Shown piece after piece: positions 27,804 to 36,720 of a DNA stretch of 64,000 bases; within the stretch, counting starts at the first letter, position 1, and each line of letters begins with the position of its first letter. Below the pieces are notes generated by a model. It searched no databases. It saw nothing but the letters and a program-made list of their open reading frames with translations, and was not told the DNA's origin. This DNA comes from Candidatus Portnoybacteria bacterium. GTDB lineage: Bacteria; Patescibacteriota; Minisyncoccia; Portnoybacterales; GWB1-42-6. The stretch is from positions 31,088-95,087 of the forward strand of contig JAQTYI010000001.1 of NCBI GenBank assembly GCA_028688325.1, written 5' to 3'. The position numbers were made by a program, and so were the translations under genes.

Positions 27804-28538
27804 TTAAATTATTTTTTTAAAATCTTCCAGCGCCTTAGCGGGATCGTCGTCGGCAAAAATCGCCGAGCCAACAACTAAAAAACCAGCGCCGGCTTCAGCC
27901 AGCTTTAAAATATTTTCTTTATTCACTCCTCCATCCACTCCTATTTTAACATCGGGATACTTTTGCCGCAATAAAATAATTTTGGGGATAACGCTCTCTT
28001 CGAATTTTTGCCCGCCCTGCCCCGGCTTGACGCTCATCAGAAGAACCATATCAATCTCGCTGATGAAATTATTCAGCACGGTTATCGGCGTTTCCAGGTT
28101 CAGCGCCACGCCGAATTCCTTGTTGTTCCTGTGCGCTTCTTGCGCAAGATTGGAAATCGGAAAACCCGCGCCAACCTGCGTTTTATACGGTAAAATTTCG
28201 TGATTGTGTATTTTCTCTATCGCCTCCCAATGCAAAATGACTCGTCCGACCTTGCTGTTTAGCCACTCATTCAAAACCCGATGGGGATTATCCACCATCA
28301 AGTGCGCCTCCAAAAAAAGATTTGTTTCTAATTTTTCCAGATCATTTACTGAGGGTTTACCCTGAGCGAGTCCCGAGCCGTGGTCGAGGAACGAGTCGAG
28401 GGGCCAGGTTTTATCGGACACAAAAATACCGTCCATAACATCAAGCTGAACGGTCTTCGCGCGCCTCTCAACGAGTTTGATTTTTTCCTTTAACTCGTTA
28501 AAATCTTTAGCAATGATGGCGGGAATGATTTCTGACAT
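27804..28538 (-). CDS. rpe: Ribulose-phosphate 3-epimerase (with an extra segment that matches a palindromic repeat)
   Basis: IIPAIIAKDF, DVMDGIFV, HLMV and VDGGVN..GAGFLVVGSAIF motifs. It is about 20 aa longer than typical Rpe. The extra segment coincides with the repeat ccctgagcgagtcccgagccgtggtcgaggaacgagtcgagggg at about 28355-28400. Confidence 0.8.
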   Translation of the reverse strand: MSEIIPAIIAKDFNELKEKIKLVERRAKTVQLDVMDGIFVSDKTWPLDSFLDHGSGLAQGKPSVNDLEKLETNLFLEAHLMVDNPHRVLNEWLNSKVGRVILHWEAIEKIHNHEILPYKTQVGAGFPISNLAQEAHRNNKEFGVALNLETPITVLNNFISEIDMVLLMSVKPGQGGQKFEESVIPKIILLRQKYPDVKIGVDGGVNKENILKLAEAGAGFLVVGSAIFADDDPAKALEDFKKII

Positions 28539-28544
28539 AAATTC

Positions 28545-28640
28545 CTAATGTCTAATGAAATACCCAATGCCAAATGTCCAAATGTCCCGCAGAGCGGGAC
28601 TGAATTAGAAATTAGTAATTAGAAATTTGACATTTTTATT
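28545..28640. repeat. AT-rich ATGACA/TGTCAT-rich palindromic intergenic element
   Basis: Member of a family also present at 30965-31135, 31860-31990, 32805-32890, 36535-36715 and 62600-62695. All are tandem aaatgacNaa units arranged as long imperfect palindromes at gene boundaries. Confidence 0.5.
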
Positions 28641-29076
28641 CTTCCATCTCCTCCGCTTTCCTCAGCCGTCTTATATGCCGCTCGTCTTCGGAAAATTCCG
28701 TATCCAGCCAAATCTTCACGGCTTTCTTGGCGGTCTCGGCATCCGTCACCCGGCCGCCCAGGCATATCACATTTGCGTTCAGATGATCCGCCGCGTCCTG
28801 AGCCGTAAATTCGTTATAGACGACAACAGCCCGGATTCCCGCCACTTTATTGGCGGCCATGCACATCCCCTGCCCCGTGCCGCAGATCAAGATCCCGCCG
28901 GCGTTTTCATCCTGCACAACTTGCTCGGCTAATTTTAAAGCATAGTCGGGATAATCGTCCGCCAAGTCCAATTCGTCGGCACCCAAATCAACCGTTTCAT
29001 AGCCCTCTTTGGCCAAAAATTCTTTTAATTCCTCTTTTAGCGGATACCCGCCATGATCCGCGGCGATGTAAAGCAT
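28636..29076 (-). CDS. rpiB: Ribose-5-phosphate isomerase B
   Basis: RpiB/LacAB family: ADHGG, ILICGTGQGM, CLGGRV. Confidence 0.85.
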   Translation of the reverse strand: MLYIAADHGGYPLKEELKEFLAKEGYETVDLGADELDLADDYPDYALKLAEQVVQDENAGGILICGTGQGMCMAANKVAGIRAVVVYNEFTAQDAADHLNANVICLGGRVTDAETAKKAVKIWLDTEFSEDERHIRRLRKAEEMEE

Positions 29077-29084
29077 AATTAATC

Positions 29085-29172
29085 GTCATCCTGAGCACAT
29101 TCGCTCCGCTCAGTATAAACTCCGCGAAGGATCTATAATAGATTCTTCGGGCTACGCCCTCAGAATGACAAA
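29085..29172. repeat. Palindromic element of the gtcatcctga...cagaatgac family (intergenic copy)
   Basis: cgtcatcctgagcac..gaaggatctataatagattcttcggg..cctcagaatgacaa. An in-frame homologue lies at 43253-43356 inside the GT39 gene. Confidence 0.6.
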
Positions 29173-29177
29173 TTATT

Positions 29178-29822
29178 TTATTTTGACATTTTTCTTCTCC
29201 ATTCCTCAATCTCCTTATGATTCCCTCCCAATAACACCTCCGGCACCTTCCAATCATTAAACTCCTCGGGTCTGGTATATTGCGGATATTCCAGATAACC
29301 ATCAGATGAGAAACTTTCCTCTGCTAAACTATCTTCTTTACCCAAAACGCCTGGTAAAAGCCGCGCCACAGCATCCACCACTATCATAGCAGGAATCTCG
29401 CCGCCCGTCAGCACAAAATTACCCACAGACAGCTCTTCGTCCACTATATGCTCCGCTACCCGCTCGTCCACCCCTTCGTAGCGCCCGCAAATCATTATCA
29501 AGCGGTCATATTCGGCCAGCCGCCTGGCATCAGCTTGCGTGAACGGTTTCCCTTTGGCGGAAAACAATATTAGGCGATCATTACTCTTTTTCTTTATGGC
29601 TTTAACGGCTTTATAAATCACATCCACCTTCATCACCATTCCCGGCCCGCCGCCATAAGGACTATCATCCACTTTTTTATGCTTGTCGCTCGCCCACTTG
29701 CGCAAATCATGCGCCTTGATTTTTATCAACTTTTTCTTCTGCGCCCGCGCCAAAATGCTCTCGCCAAAATACGAGTCGAAGATTTTCGGAAAAATTGTAA
29801 TGATGTCAAATTTCATAGACAA
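29178..29822 (-). CDS. trmD: tRNA (guanine37-N1)-methyltransferase
   Basis: SPOUT/TrmD motifs: DIITIFP, YGGGPGMVM, GRYEGVDERV. Confidence 0.9.
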   Translation of the reverse strand: MSMKFDIITIFPKIFDSYFGESILARAQKKKLIKIKAHDLRKWASDKHKKVDDSPYGGGPGMVMKVDVIYKAVKAIKKKSNDRLILFSAKGKPFTQADARRLAEYDRLIMICGRYEGVDERVAEHIVDEELSVGNFVLTGGEIPAMIVVDAVARLLPGVLGKEDSLAEESFSSDGYLEYPQYTRPEEFNDWKVPEVLLGGNHKEIEEWRRKMSK

Positions 29823-29883
29823 AACAAAAGCCGCGCTATTTATAGAATAGCACGGCTTTTGCGTAATTGCGAAGCAAATTCGA

Positions 29884-30210
29884 TTAGAATTTCAGATCGT
29901 CAACCATCTGGTCGACATTTCTCGCAGGGGCTTCGGAGCGTTCGCGGACGACTCTGCCGCCTTCCGGCTCTTCGATCTTGAAATTGATGCGAGCGTTGTG
30001 CTTGGCACCAATGACTCGAAGCAGTGTGCGGATTGCGCGAGCTGTGCCACCCTGGCGGCCGATAACCTGACCCATATCCTGGGGATTGACCTTGAGAGTC
30101 AAAAGAACTCCCATTTCGTCAATCTTGCGGTCGGTTGAGACCTCTTCCGGGTGATCAACTAAACCCTTGATCACAAACTCCACAAACTCCTGATCGGCGT
30201 ATTTAGCCAT
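29884..30210 (-). CDS. KH-domain RNA-binding protein (YlqC-like)
   Basis: GxxG KH motif (VIGRQGGTARAIR) and the conserved rpsP-KH-trmD gene order. Confidence 0.8.
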   Translation of the reverse strand: MAKYADQEFVEFVIKGLVDHPEEVSTDRKIDEMGVLLTLKVNPQDMGQVIGRQGGTARAIRTLLRVIGAKHNARINFKIEEPEGGRVVRERSEAPARNVDQMVDDLKF

Positions 30211-30340
30211 ATCTTTCTTTCCGTATATTTATGTAATTTTTAATTTAGTAGCCGACCTGTCCATCCGTTTATGGCGGAGAACTGTCTACTATTATCCACA
30301 ATATAGCATTTTAAAAATGTAGTGTCAATTTTCTCGCATT

Positions 30341-30380
30341 CTCTCCCCTCTTTTCGTAAAGAGGGGTTGGGGGGGAGATT
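30341..30380. repeat. Poly-G/poly-C palindromic element (intergenic copy of the family inserted in miaB/gatB/gatA/miaA)
   Basis: ctctcccctcttttcgtaaagaggggttgggggggagatt. Confidence 0.5.
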
Positions 30381-30557
30381 TAGTTTCTTATTTTTTTACA
30401 AATAAAAAAGGAGAACGGTTTTCCGCTCTCCTCTCGCGTTATTCAAAAAAGTAAATAAAATTCACGCAGTCATAAAATTCACGCAGTCAGAGTGCGTGAG
30501 ATTACTCTATTATAGGTCCTTCGGTCGCTGCTGCTCCCTCAGGATGACAGAATACCG

Positions 30558-30962
30558 TTATTCTGTTTTAACTTCTTCCGCCGATTTTTCTTTTTTCGGC
30601 TCTTGCGCAACAGGGGCTTCGGCCGACTTGGCTTTGGCATCCTCGGCGGCCTTGATCGCGTCGGCTTCTTTCGCTTTTCTGGCTTCAACGGTTTTTTTCT
30701 TTGGGTGCCAGGCCTTGACTTTGGCGCCGGTGATTATTTTCTCGTTCACGAAAAGATTATGCACGGTGTCGGACATCTGCGCGCCCTTGGAAATCCAGTA
30801 CTGGATGCGTTCTGTTTTCAATTGCTTGGCTTTCTCTATCGGGCTATAGGAACCTAATATTTCGATGAACTTCCCGTTAACGGGATTTGTTTTCTCAGTC
30901 AAAACAACCCTGAACGAGGGTTGATTCTTTTTGCCGATCCTGGTCAATCTGATTACGAGCAT
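30558..30962 (-). CDS. rpsP: 30S ribosomal protein S16 with a Lys/Ala/Glu-rich C-terminal extension
   Basis: MLVIRLTRIGKKNQPSFRVV S16 N-terminus. Confidence 0.9.
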   Translation of the reverse strand: MLVIRLTRIGKKNQPSFRVVLTEKTNPVNGKFIEILGSYSPIEKAKQLKTERIQYWISKGAQMSDTVHNLFVNEKIITGAKVKAWHPKKKTVEARKAKEADAIKAAEDAKAKSAEAPVAQEPKKEKSAEEVKTE

Positions 30963-30964
30963 AA

Positions 30965-31135
30965 AATATAAAATTAATTAACTATTAAAAGATATACGAA
31001 AAACGATAAAATGTCAAATGACGAATGACTAATGACAAATCAATTTCAAAGCCCAAAATCCAAATTTTGACATTGGACATTAGGATTTTATTTGTCATTT
31101 GTCATTGGAAATTAGTCATTTAAGACAAGTTCCTT
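30965..31135. repeat. AT-rich ATGACA/TGTCAT palindromic intergenic element
   Basis: aaatgtcaaatgacgaatgactaatgacaaatc ... gacattggacattagg ... tttgtcatttgtcattgg. Confidence 0.5.
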
Positions 31136-31162
31136 CGCTTCGTTCAGGATGACAAATTGGCC

Positions 31163-31912
31163 CTACTTCCCGCTCGCCCCGTTCCACCCCTTGGCCGCCA
31201 GCGCGTTTTCAGCCGCTTTTTGCTGGGCATCCTGCTTGGAAACCCCCTCGCCCTCAGCTACCAGCTCATCATTCAAATATACCCCTATCTTAAAATTCTT
31301 TGCGTGATCCGGCCCCCACTCTTTCAAGACCTCGTAGCTCGGCGTGATGCCCGCCCGCTCCTGCGCCTCTTCCTGGAACATGCTTTTGGCGTCGCGATAC
31401 GCTCCTTCTTTCAGAATTTCCGGCAGATGAGCCAAGATATTTTTTTCTATGAACTCGCCCGCCACCTCGATTCCCTGGTCCAGGAATATCGCGCCGATAA
31501 GCGCTTCCATCGTGTTGGCTAAAATATACTGGCGCGCCCGGCCGATATCTTTGGATTCGCCGCGGCTTAACATCAAAAAATCATTAAGACCGATGGCTTC
31601 GGCGATTTCCGCTAATTTTTTAGCGTTGACCAAAGCGGCGCGCCAATTGGTCAGCTCGCCTTCGGGATTGGGATAGGTCGCGTAGAGATGCTTGGTGACG
31701 ACCAATTCCAGCACCGCGTCGCCCAAAAATTCCAACCGCTCGTTATGGGGCAACTGGAAATCAGGATTTTCATTCAGAAAAGACCGGTGCACGAACGCCT
31801 GCTGCAGCAGATCCTTATTTTTAAAAGATACGCCTATCTTATTCTCGAGTTTAAATAGCTCCTTCATTACAAAATCCAAATGACAAAATCCAAATGACCA
31901 ATCAATGACCAA
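31163..31912 (-). CDS. rnc: Ribonuclease III
   Basis: ERLEFLGDAVLELVV RNase III signature and a C-terminal dsRBD. Confidence 0.9.
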   Translation of the reverse strand: MVIDWSFGFCHLDFVMKELFKLENKIGVSFKNKDLLQQAFVHRSFLNENPDFQLPHNERLEFLGDAVLELVVTKHLYATYPNPEGELTNWRAALVNAKKLAEIAEAIGLNDFLMLSRGESKDIGRARQYILANTMEALIGAIFLDQGIEVAGEFIEKNILAHLPEILKEGAYRDAKSMFQEEAQERAGITPSYEVLKEWGPDHAKNFKIGVYLNDELVAEGEGVSKQDAQQKAAENALAAKGWNGASGK

Positions 31913-31990
31913 GCCCTAAATCCCAAAAATTCATTTTGACATTAGGATTTGGGATTTTATTTGTCATTGGGACTTTGACATTTGACATTA
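31860..31990. repeat. AT-rich ATGACA/TGTCAT palindromic intergenic element
   Basis: aaatccaaatgacaaaatccaaatgacc..cctaaatcccaaa..tttgggatttt..gtcattggg..gacatttgacatt. Confidence 0.5.
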
Positions 31991-31994
31991 AAAA

Positions 31995-32432
31995 TTACTC
32001 GTCTTTCTGCGGCTCGCCAATCTCGCGGTATACGGTTCCCAAAACTCCGTTGACGAATTTGCCCGATGATTCGCCACTAAAACTCTTGGCCAGTTCAATG
32101 GCTTCATTGATAGCCACTTTTGGCGGCACCTCCCGGCGGTCGCCCAGCAAAAGCTCATAAAGTCCCAAGCGCAAGATGTTGCGGTCGGTGATGGTTATCT
32201 GCTCCAAGGGCCATTCCGGAGCGGATTTTTCGATTATCTTATCGAGCTTGGGATAATTTTCCGCCACGCCCTTAACCAGCCGCTGGATGAAATCCGCGCC
32301 GTCCATTCCGGGCCCAAATTCAGCCGTATTTTTAGCCACCGCTTCCTTTAATTTATTCTCGTCCTTGCCCCAAAAATCCCACTCATAGAGCGATTGCATG
32401 GCGATGGATCTGGCAAGGTGTCTGTTGGCCAT
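31995..32432 (-). CDS. nusB: Transcription antitermination factor NusB
   Basis: R.R.AR..A.Q.LY N-terminus and the NusB fold; 145 aa. Confidence 0.85.
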   Translation of the reverse strand: MANRHLARSIAMQSLYEWDFWGKDENKLKEAVAKNTAEFGPGMDGADFIQRLVKGVAENYPKLDKIIEKSAPEWPLEQITITDRNILRLGLYELLLGDRREVPPKVAINEAIELAKSFSGESSGKFVNGVLGTVYREIGEPQKDE

Positions 32433-32447
32433 ATTTTCCTTATGTCA

Positions 32448-32535
32448 TTCCGAGTATAGCGAGGAATCTCCCGCGAATGCGGGGCCGCCCATTCGGGCGA
32501 GATCCCTCGTCGCTACGCTCCTCGGGATGACAATC
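32448..32535. repeat. About 90-bp imperfect palindrome of the gtcattcc...gggatgac family
   Basis: gtcattccgagtatagcgaggaatctcccgcgaatgcgggg..gagatccctcgtcgctacgctcctcgggatgacaa. Confidence 0.55.
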
Positions 32536-32798
32536 TATTTATGCTCGTGTTCTTCATGAGCGGCTTCTTCCTGCGCCGCCAGCTCTTTCTGGCGCTTTTT
32601 CTGCTCGCGCTTGGTGAGCTTTTTCATCACATCCAAAACTTCGCGGCCTTTATAAGTGCCGCAATTTTTGCAGGCGATGTGCGGCAAAACGGGCTGGCCG
32701 CATTTAGGGCAACTCTTAACTCCTGTTGTTTTCAGCGCTTGGTGAGACCGCTGCCTGTTTCTTTTTGATTTGGTGTGTCGTTGTCGTGGTACCGGCAT
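32535..32798 (-). CDS. rpmF: 50S ribosomal protein L32
   Basis: MPVPRQRHTKSKRNRQRSH start, CPKCG..C..CG zinc ribbon; an acidic/His tail is added. Confidence 0.85.
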   Translation of the reverse strand: MPVPRQRHTKSKRNRQRSHQALKTTGVKSCPKCGQPVLPHIACKNCGTYKGREVLDVMKKLTKREQKKRQKELAAQEEAAHEEHEHK

Positions 32799-32891
32799 AT
32801 CTTTAAAATTTCTAAATCCTAATTTCTAATTTCTAAACCAATCCTCGCTCCGCGAGGACTTCATTAGACATTAGATATTAGAAATTTGTCA

Positions 32892-34970
32892 TTATTTAGT
32901 GAACGGTATCAGCCCCATATTGTCCAAATAGCTTCTGGCGCTTTTGTTGTTCGGCTCAATTTCCAAAACTTTTTGCCAGGCGCGGCGCGCTCCGGAAAAA
33001 TCCCCCTCCTGATAATAAATCCTGCCCAGCGGCAGATAAGCATCAATATATCCGTCGTCCAATTCTATCGCCTTTTTGAAATAGGCCTTGCTTCGTTCGG
33101 TATCGTTTTTTGCCTCGCAGAGCATCCCGTTCGCCAGCCAAACCTGCTTGGCGCCGGGATTTTGTTCCAGCGCCCGGTCAAATGCCTGAATGGCCAAATC
33201 GTTAAGGCCCGCTGTTTGGAAAAACGAACCCAAACGCACTGAATCAAAAAAATCATTGTCGACCAAGTATTTGTAAATATACCGGCCTAAATTTTCTTGA
33301 TTCAAGGCGTATTTGAGGATCAAGGGTTTATTGGCTTGATTGTCCCGGGCCCAGATAACGATTGCCGAGTCGAGATAAACCATCTTCCAGCCGCTCCTTT
33401 GCACCATCCGGCGAATAAATGATTGCCCCCAGGGAGTCGCGTCGGTATGGGCGAAAAAAACAAAATTTATCCCATAGGTATCATCTGCGTATTTTTGCCA
33501 GGCCGCATCGCCTGTCTGCATCGGAATATATACCGATTGAAAAAAATCCGCCGGATACGCTTCGGGCCGGCCGTCAATAAAAACTTTGTAATCGGGCCAG
33601 GCCTTCCAAATAAGAAAACCGCCGATATCAAAATTATTGAACATGGGGCCGGAAACCCTATTCTGTTTTAAAAAATCAATCGCCGCATCCGCTCCCGCCG
33701 GGATGCCCAAGCCGAAGCGCTCGCTTTCCATTGATTTTAAGTAAAAACGGTTGGAAACAACCGAGTAAATACTCCCAATTAAAATAACAAAAATAAGGGC
33801 AATGGTCAAGAGATGCGCGACGCCTCTCAGCCGGATTTTCTCCCATCTGGCAAAATATCTGGCATATTGCTCGCGAGCACAAGCAAAATTAGCCGATAAA
33901 ACCGGGATAGCCGCCAGCCCCAACAACGGAAAATTGCGTATAGCCGACCAAGAAGTTATAACGAAAAATACCGATAAAAACAAATAAAACGGCCTCATCT
34001 TGCGCCAATTGAACAAAAAAGAGACAGCCAGCGCCGCCAGCGTTATTTTAAAAAAAATGATCGCGGGATTGAACATCAGCTTCTCCAAAAAGAACGGCGA
34101 CTGATTTTCCGCGATGGAATAGCCGTAGTTGTTAAAAATATAAAAGGGATAAAGTGCGCCGCGCCAAACATTGGGGTTTGCCAGCGCCGCCGCGCCGGCG
34201 AGCAACCCAAGCAAAATAACCTGCGCCATATAACGGTCCAATTTTTTCTGCCGCGCCAAAAGATACACGGCGCGGCGGCGCATCCAGAGCCGATCCAGAA
34301 AAAAGAAAAATATCAGCGCAAGGCCGTAGATAAAAGAAATATGCAAATTGACCCAAAGCAGCTCCAGCGGGATAAGTAGCCAAAAAGACCGGGAGATTTT
34401 TTCTTTATTTTTGTCCAGGATAAAAAGAAACAGAGCGAAAAGCAAAAATCCGAAGGTCTCGGGCCTGATATCCGTGCGCTCCAAAATCAATCCCGCGCCG
34501 AGAATTGCCGCCAAAATGGAAAAAATTAAATATTTTTTTCGCCAAGCCAGCTTCCAGACCAGCGCAAACGCCGCCAAAATGATTAAAGCGTTAAAAATTA
34601 TGAGGCCCTTAATGCCAATGGCCAAAGACAGCAAATAATAAATGACTTCGCTCAGCCAGTGATGATTGACGAATGGAAAGTTGGGATTGGTATAAGAAAA
34701 AAAGTTGGTATCCGGGATCTGCTTAGTATGCCAAATTAATTCGCCCAATTTCAAATGCCGGCCCAAATCCTGATTCACGGCCGAAGCGCTGTGAATTAAA
34801 AAAACCGCCAATGTCATCAAGACCAGCTCGACTAATATCCACTTCGAAACGACCGGCCAGCCGAGATCAAACTGGCGGCGATCGACGCTTTTTTTATTTT
34901 TTGGCGCCTCGACCGGCTGCGAAAATCTTTGATCGTCGGGGATCAATTGAAACATATTTTTATTATACAT
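32892..34970 (-). CDS. Large polytopic membrane protein with C-terminal TPR repeats (putative glycosyltransferase/oligosaccharyl-transferase-like)
   Basis: More than 10 hydrophobic helices, then TPR-like repeats (AIQAFDRALEQNP, AYFKKAIELDDGYIDAY, ARRAWQKVLEIEPNN). Confidence 0.55.
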   Translation of the reverse strand: MYNKNMFQLIPDDQRFSQPVEAPKNKKSVDRRQFDLGWPVVSKWILVELVLMTLAVFLIHSASAVNQDLGRHLKLGELIWHTKQIPDTNFFSYTNPNFPFVNHHWLSEVIYYLLSLAIGIKGLIIFNALIILAAFALVWKLAWRKKYLIFSILAAILGAGLILERTDIRPETFGFLLFALFLFILDKNKEKISRSFWLLIPLELLWVNLHISFIYGLALIFFFFLDRLWMRRRAVYLLARQKKLDRYMAQVILLGLLAGAAALANPNVWRGALYPFYIFNNYGYSIAENQSPFFLEKLMFNPAIIFFKITLAALAVSFLFNWRKMRPFYLFLSVFFVITSWSAIRNFPLLGLAAIPVLSANFACAREQYARYFARWEKIRLRGVAHLLTIALIFVILIGSIYSVVSNRFYLKSMESERFGLGIPAGADAAIDFLKQNRVSGPMFNNFDIGGFLIWKAWPDYKVFIDGRPEAYPADFFQSVYIPMQTGDAAWQKYADDTYGINFVFFAHTDATPWGQSFIRRMVQRSGWKMVYLDSAIVIWARDNQANKPLILKYALNQENLGRYIYKYLVDNDFFDSVRLGSFFQTAGLNDLAIQAFDRALEQNPGAKQVWLANGMLCEAKNDTERSKAYFKKAIELDDGYIDAYLPLGRIYYQEGDFSGARRAWQKVLEIEPNNKSARSYLDNMGLIPFTK

Positions 34971-34996
34971 TAAAATAATGATAAATAAAAAATCGC

Positions 34997-35728
34997 TTAG
35001 CCATCAAAAGATTCTTTTTTACAAGGCACGAAACTCCGCCGATGTATGGAGCAGGCGCCGTATTGTCCGATGGCCGCCATATGCGCTCGCGTGCCATAGC
35101 CCTTATGAGAATCAAAGCCGTATTGCGGAAATTTGGCATGATATTTTAACATCAGCCGGTCGCGCGTGACTTTGGCGATAATGGAGGCCGCGGCGCAAGA
35201 CCAGATCTTTTCGTCTCCGCGAGTTACGGCTTTTTGGCTGACAGACAGGTCTTCCAATAAAAAATTGCCGTCCAGCAGGAGATAATCCGGCTCCCCTTTC
35301 AAGTCAACCAGCGCCCGCTTCATCGCCAGCTTTGTCGCTTCCAGAATATTTATCCGGTCGATTATTTTTTCCGAAACGATGCCGATGCCATATTTTATAT
35401 CGGGGCTGGCGGCCAAGATTTCAAACCACCTTTCTCGCTGATTGGCGGAAAGCTTTTTAGAATCGCGGATTTGAAGCCGCTTTTCTGTCCTTCTCGCGCC
35501 ACGCCCCTCGGTAGCCATGGGCGAAGGAGGGAAAGCGGGACTCCAGGGCCTGGATCCCGGGTCAAGCCCGGGATGACAAATCAGGACCGCCGCAGCAACC
35601 ACCGGTCCGGCCAGCGGCCCGCGGCCGACCTCGTCCAGGCCGACCACAAAATCATAGCCCTGCCGCCAAAGCTTTTGCTCATAACTGAAATCCGGATTTA
35701 TGGATTTTTGCTCTGCCAGTATTATCAT
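34997..35728 (-). CDS. rnhB: Ribonuclease HII carrying an in-frame insert of about 30 aa encoded by a palindromic repeat
   Basis: GLDEVGRGPLAGPVVAAAV...DSKKLS are RNase HII motifs. The extra CHPGLDPGSRPWSPAFPPSPMATEGRGARR maps onto the repeat ccagggcctggatcccgggtcaagcccgggatgacaa at 35530-35577. Confidence 0.85.
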   Translation of the reverse strand: MIILAEQKSINPDFSYEQKLWRQGYDFVVGLDEVGRGPLAGPVVAAAVLICHPGLDPGSRPWSPAFPPSPMATEGRGARRTEKRLQIRDSKKLSANQRERWFEILAASPDIKYGIGIVSEKIIDRINILEATKLAMKRALVDLKGEPDYLLLDGNFLLEDLSVSQKAVTRGDEKIWSCAAASIIAKVTRDRLMLKYHAKFPQYGFDSHKGYGTRAHMAAIGQYGACSIHRRSFVPCKKESFDG

Positions 35729-35793
35729 GGCACAATTCTAACATATTTTGCTGCTTGCTTGTGCGGCAAAGCAAAATTGCCTATAATATAAAG

Positions 35794-35930
35794 CATATGC
35801 CAGGTAGTGAAAATTTGACGGGTTATTTTTTCCGTAAAAATCCTGCCGAATCTTTACAACCTCGGCAAATATGTATATATAATAAATTTGACTTATTAAT
35901 TATTTAGTCAAATTTCTACTACCTGGTATG
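35794..35930. mobile_element. MITE copy 1c (same 20-bp TIRs as 1a and 1b, divergent interior), flush against the start codon of the 35928 ORF
   Basis: catatgCCAGGTAGTGAAAATT ... AAATTTCTACTACCTGGtatg; TATG/ATG flanks consistent with a target-site duplication. Confidence 0.6.
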
Positions 35931-36533
35931 GCGGAAAATAAATTAGGCCTCAATTGGTCGGCCGCGGAAAAAGCCCTGGCCGAAGGAACTTTTTCTGGCT
36001 ACAAAATCGGCATACTGGAAACCGAAAAGATATTCGAGGAGTTGCTCAAGAATAAGCAGATCCCCGGCGGCTCAACCGAACGCAAAATAAAATACATTCA
36101 GCGCTTTTTAAGCTTGCCGGATAAGCTGGATTACAGCCAGCATGTTTATGAGCGCATCCTGCACGAGCCGCATTTTGAGATATCGCGCGAAGAAACAAAG
36201 CACATAATTTCCGGCTACTGGCAGGCCATGCTGGACATTGAAGAAGCGGTCGCCTCTTTGAGCATGCGGGAAAAAATTTCACTAAGAGCCCGATATATTT
36301 CAGCTATGGCGGTAAAAAATGCGCGCAATGTTGTTTTGGCGATTTTGGGCGTCTCCGCTGTTATCTGGTTCCTGGCCGAAACGAATATCGGCAAAAAGAT
36401 CGCCTCTGTAATTATTGCCGCCAATCATTTTTTTATTTTTAAATTTCTGTTCTGGACAATGGTCATATTGGCAATACTGCTGGTCATCGGCGGCGTACTG
36501 TATTTTTTGACAAGAAGGAAGAAGCGCTTTTAG
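35928..36533 (+). CDS. Hypothetical membrane protein (C-terminal TM helices)
   Basis: ORF whose ATG immediately follows the MITE TIR. Confidence 0.5.
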   Translation: MAENKLGLNWSAAEKALAEGTFSGYKIGILETEKIFEELLKNKQIPGGSTERKIKYIQRFLSLPDKLDYSQHVYERILHEPHFEISREETKHIISGYWQAMLDIEEAVASLSMREKISLRARYISAMAVKNARNVVLAILGVSAVIWFLAETNIGKKIASVIIAANHFFIFKFLFWTMVILAILLVIGGVLYFLTRRKKRF

Positions 36534-36534
36534 A

Positions 36535-36715
36535 ATGCCAAATGACGAATGCCTAATGACTAATCAATACCAGCTTCGCTGGTATCCCGCAGTTGCGGGA
36601 TGATTGCCGAGGCAATCAAAGCTCAAAATCCAAATTTGACATTGAGGCATTGGGATTTTATTTGTCATTAGTCATTGGAAATTTGTCATTTCATAAAATT
36701 TTACCAAATCACATC
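36535..36715. repeat. AT-rich ATGACA/TGTCAT palindromic intergenic element with three central mini-hairpins
   Basis: ccaaatgacgaatgcctaatgactaatcaa..taccagcttcgctggta..tcccgcagttgcggga..gattgccgaggcaatc..gacattgaggcattggg..tttgtcattagtcattgg. Confidence 0.5.
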
Positions 36716-36720
36716 CGATA

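Noticed and set aside
29178-30962. Missing rimM between the KH-protein gene and trmD as a sign of misassembly
   Set aside because: The 62-bp gap has no room for rimM. RimM is absent from some reduced genomes, and the gene order is otherwise canonical, so this is likely genuine loss.
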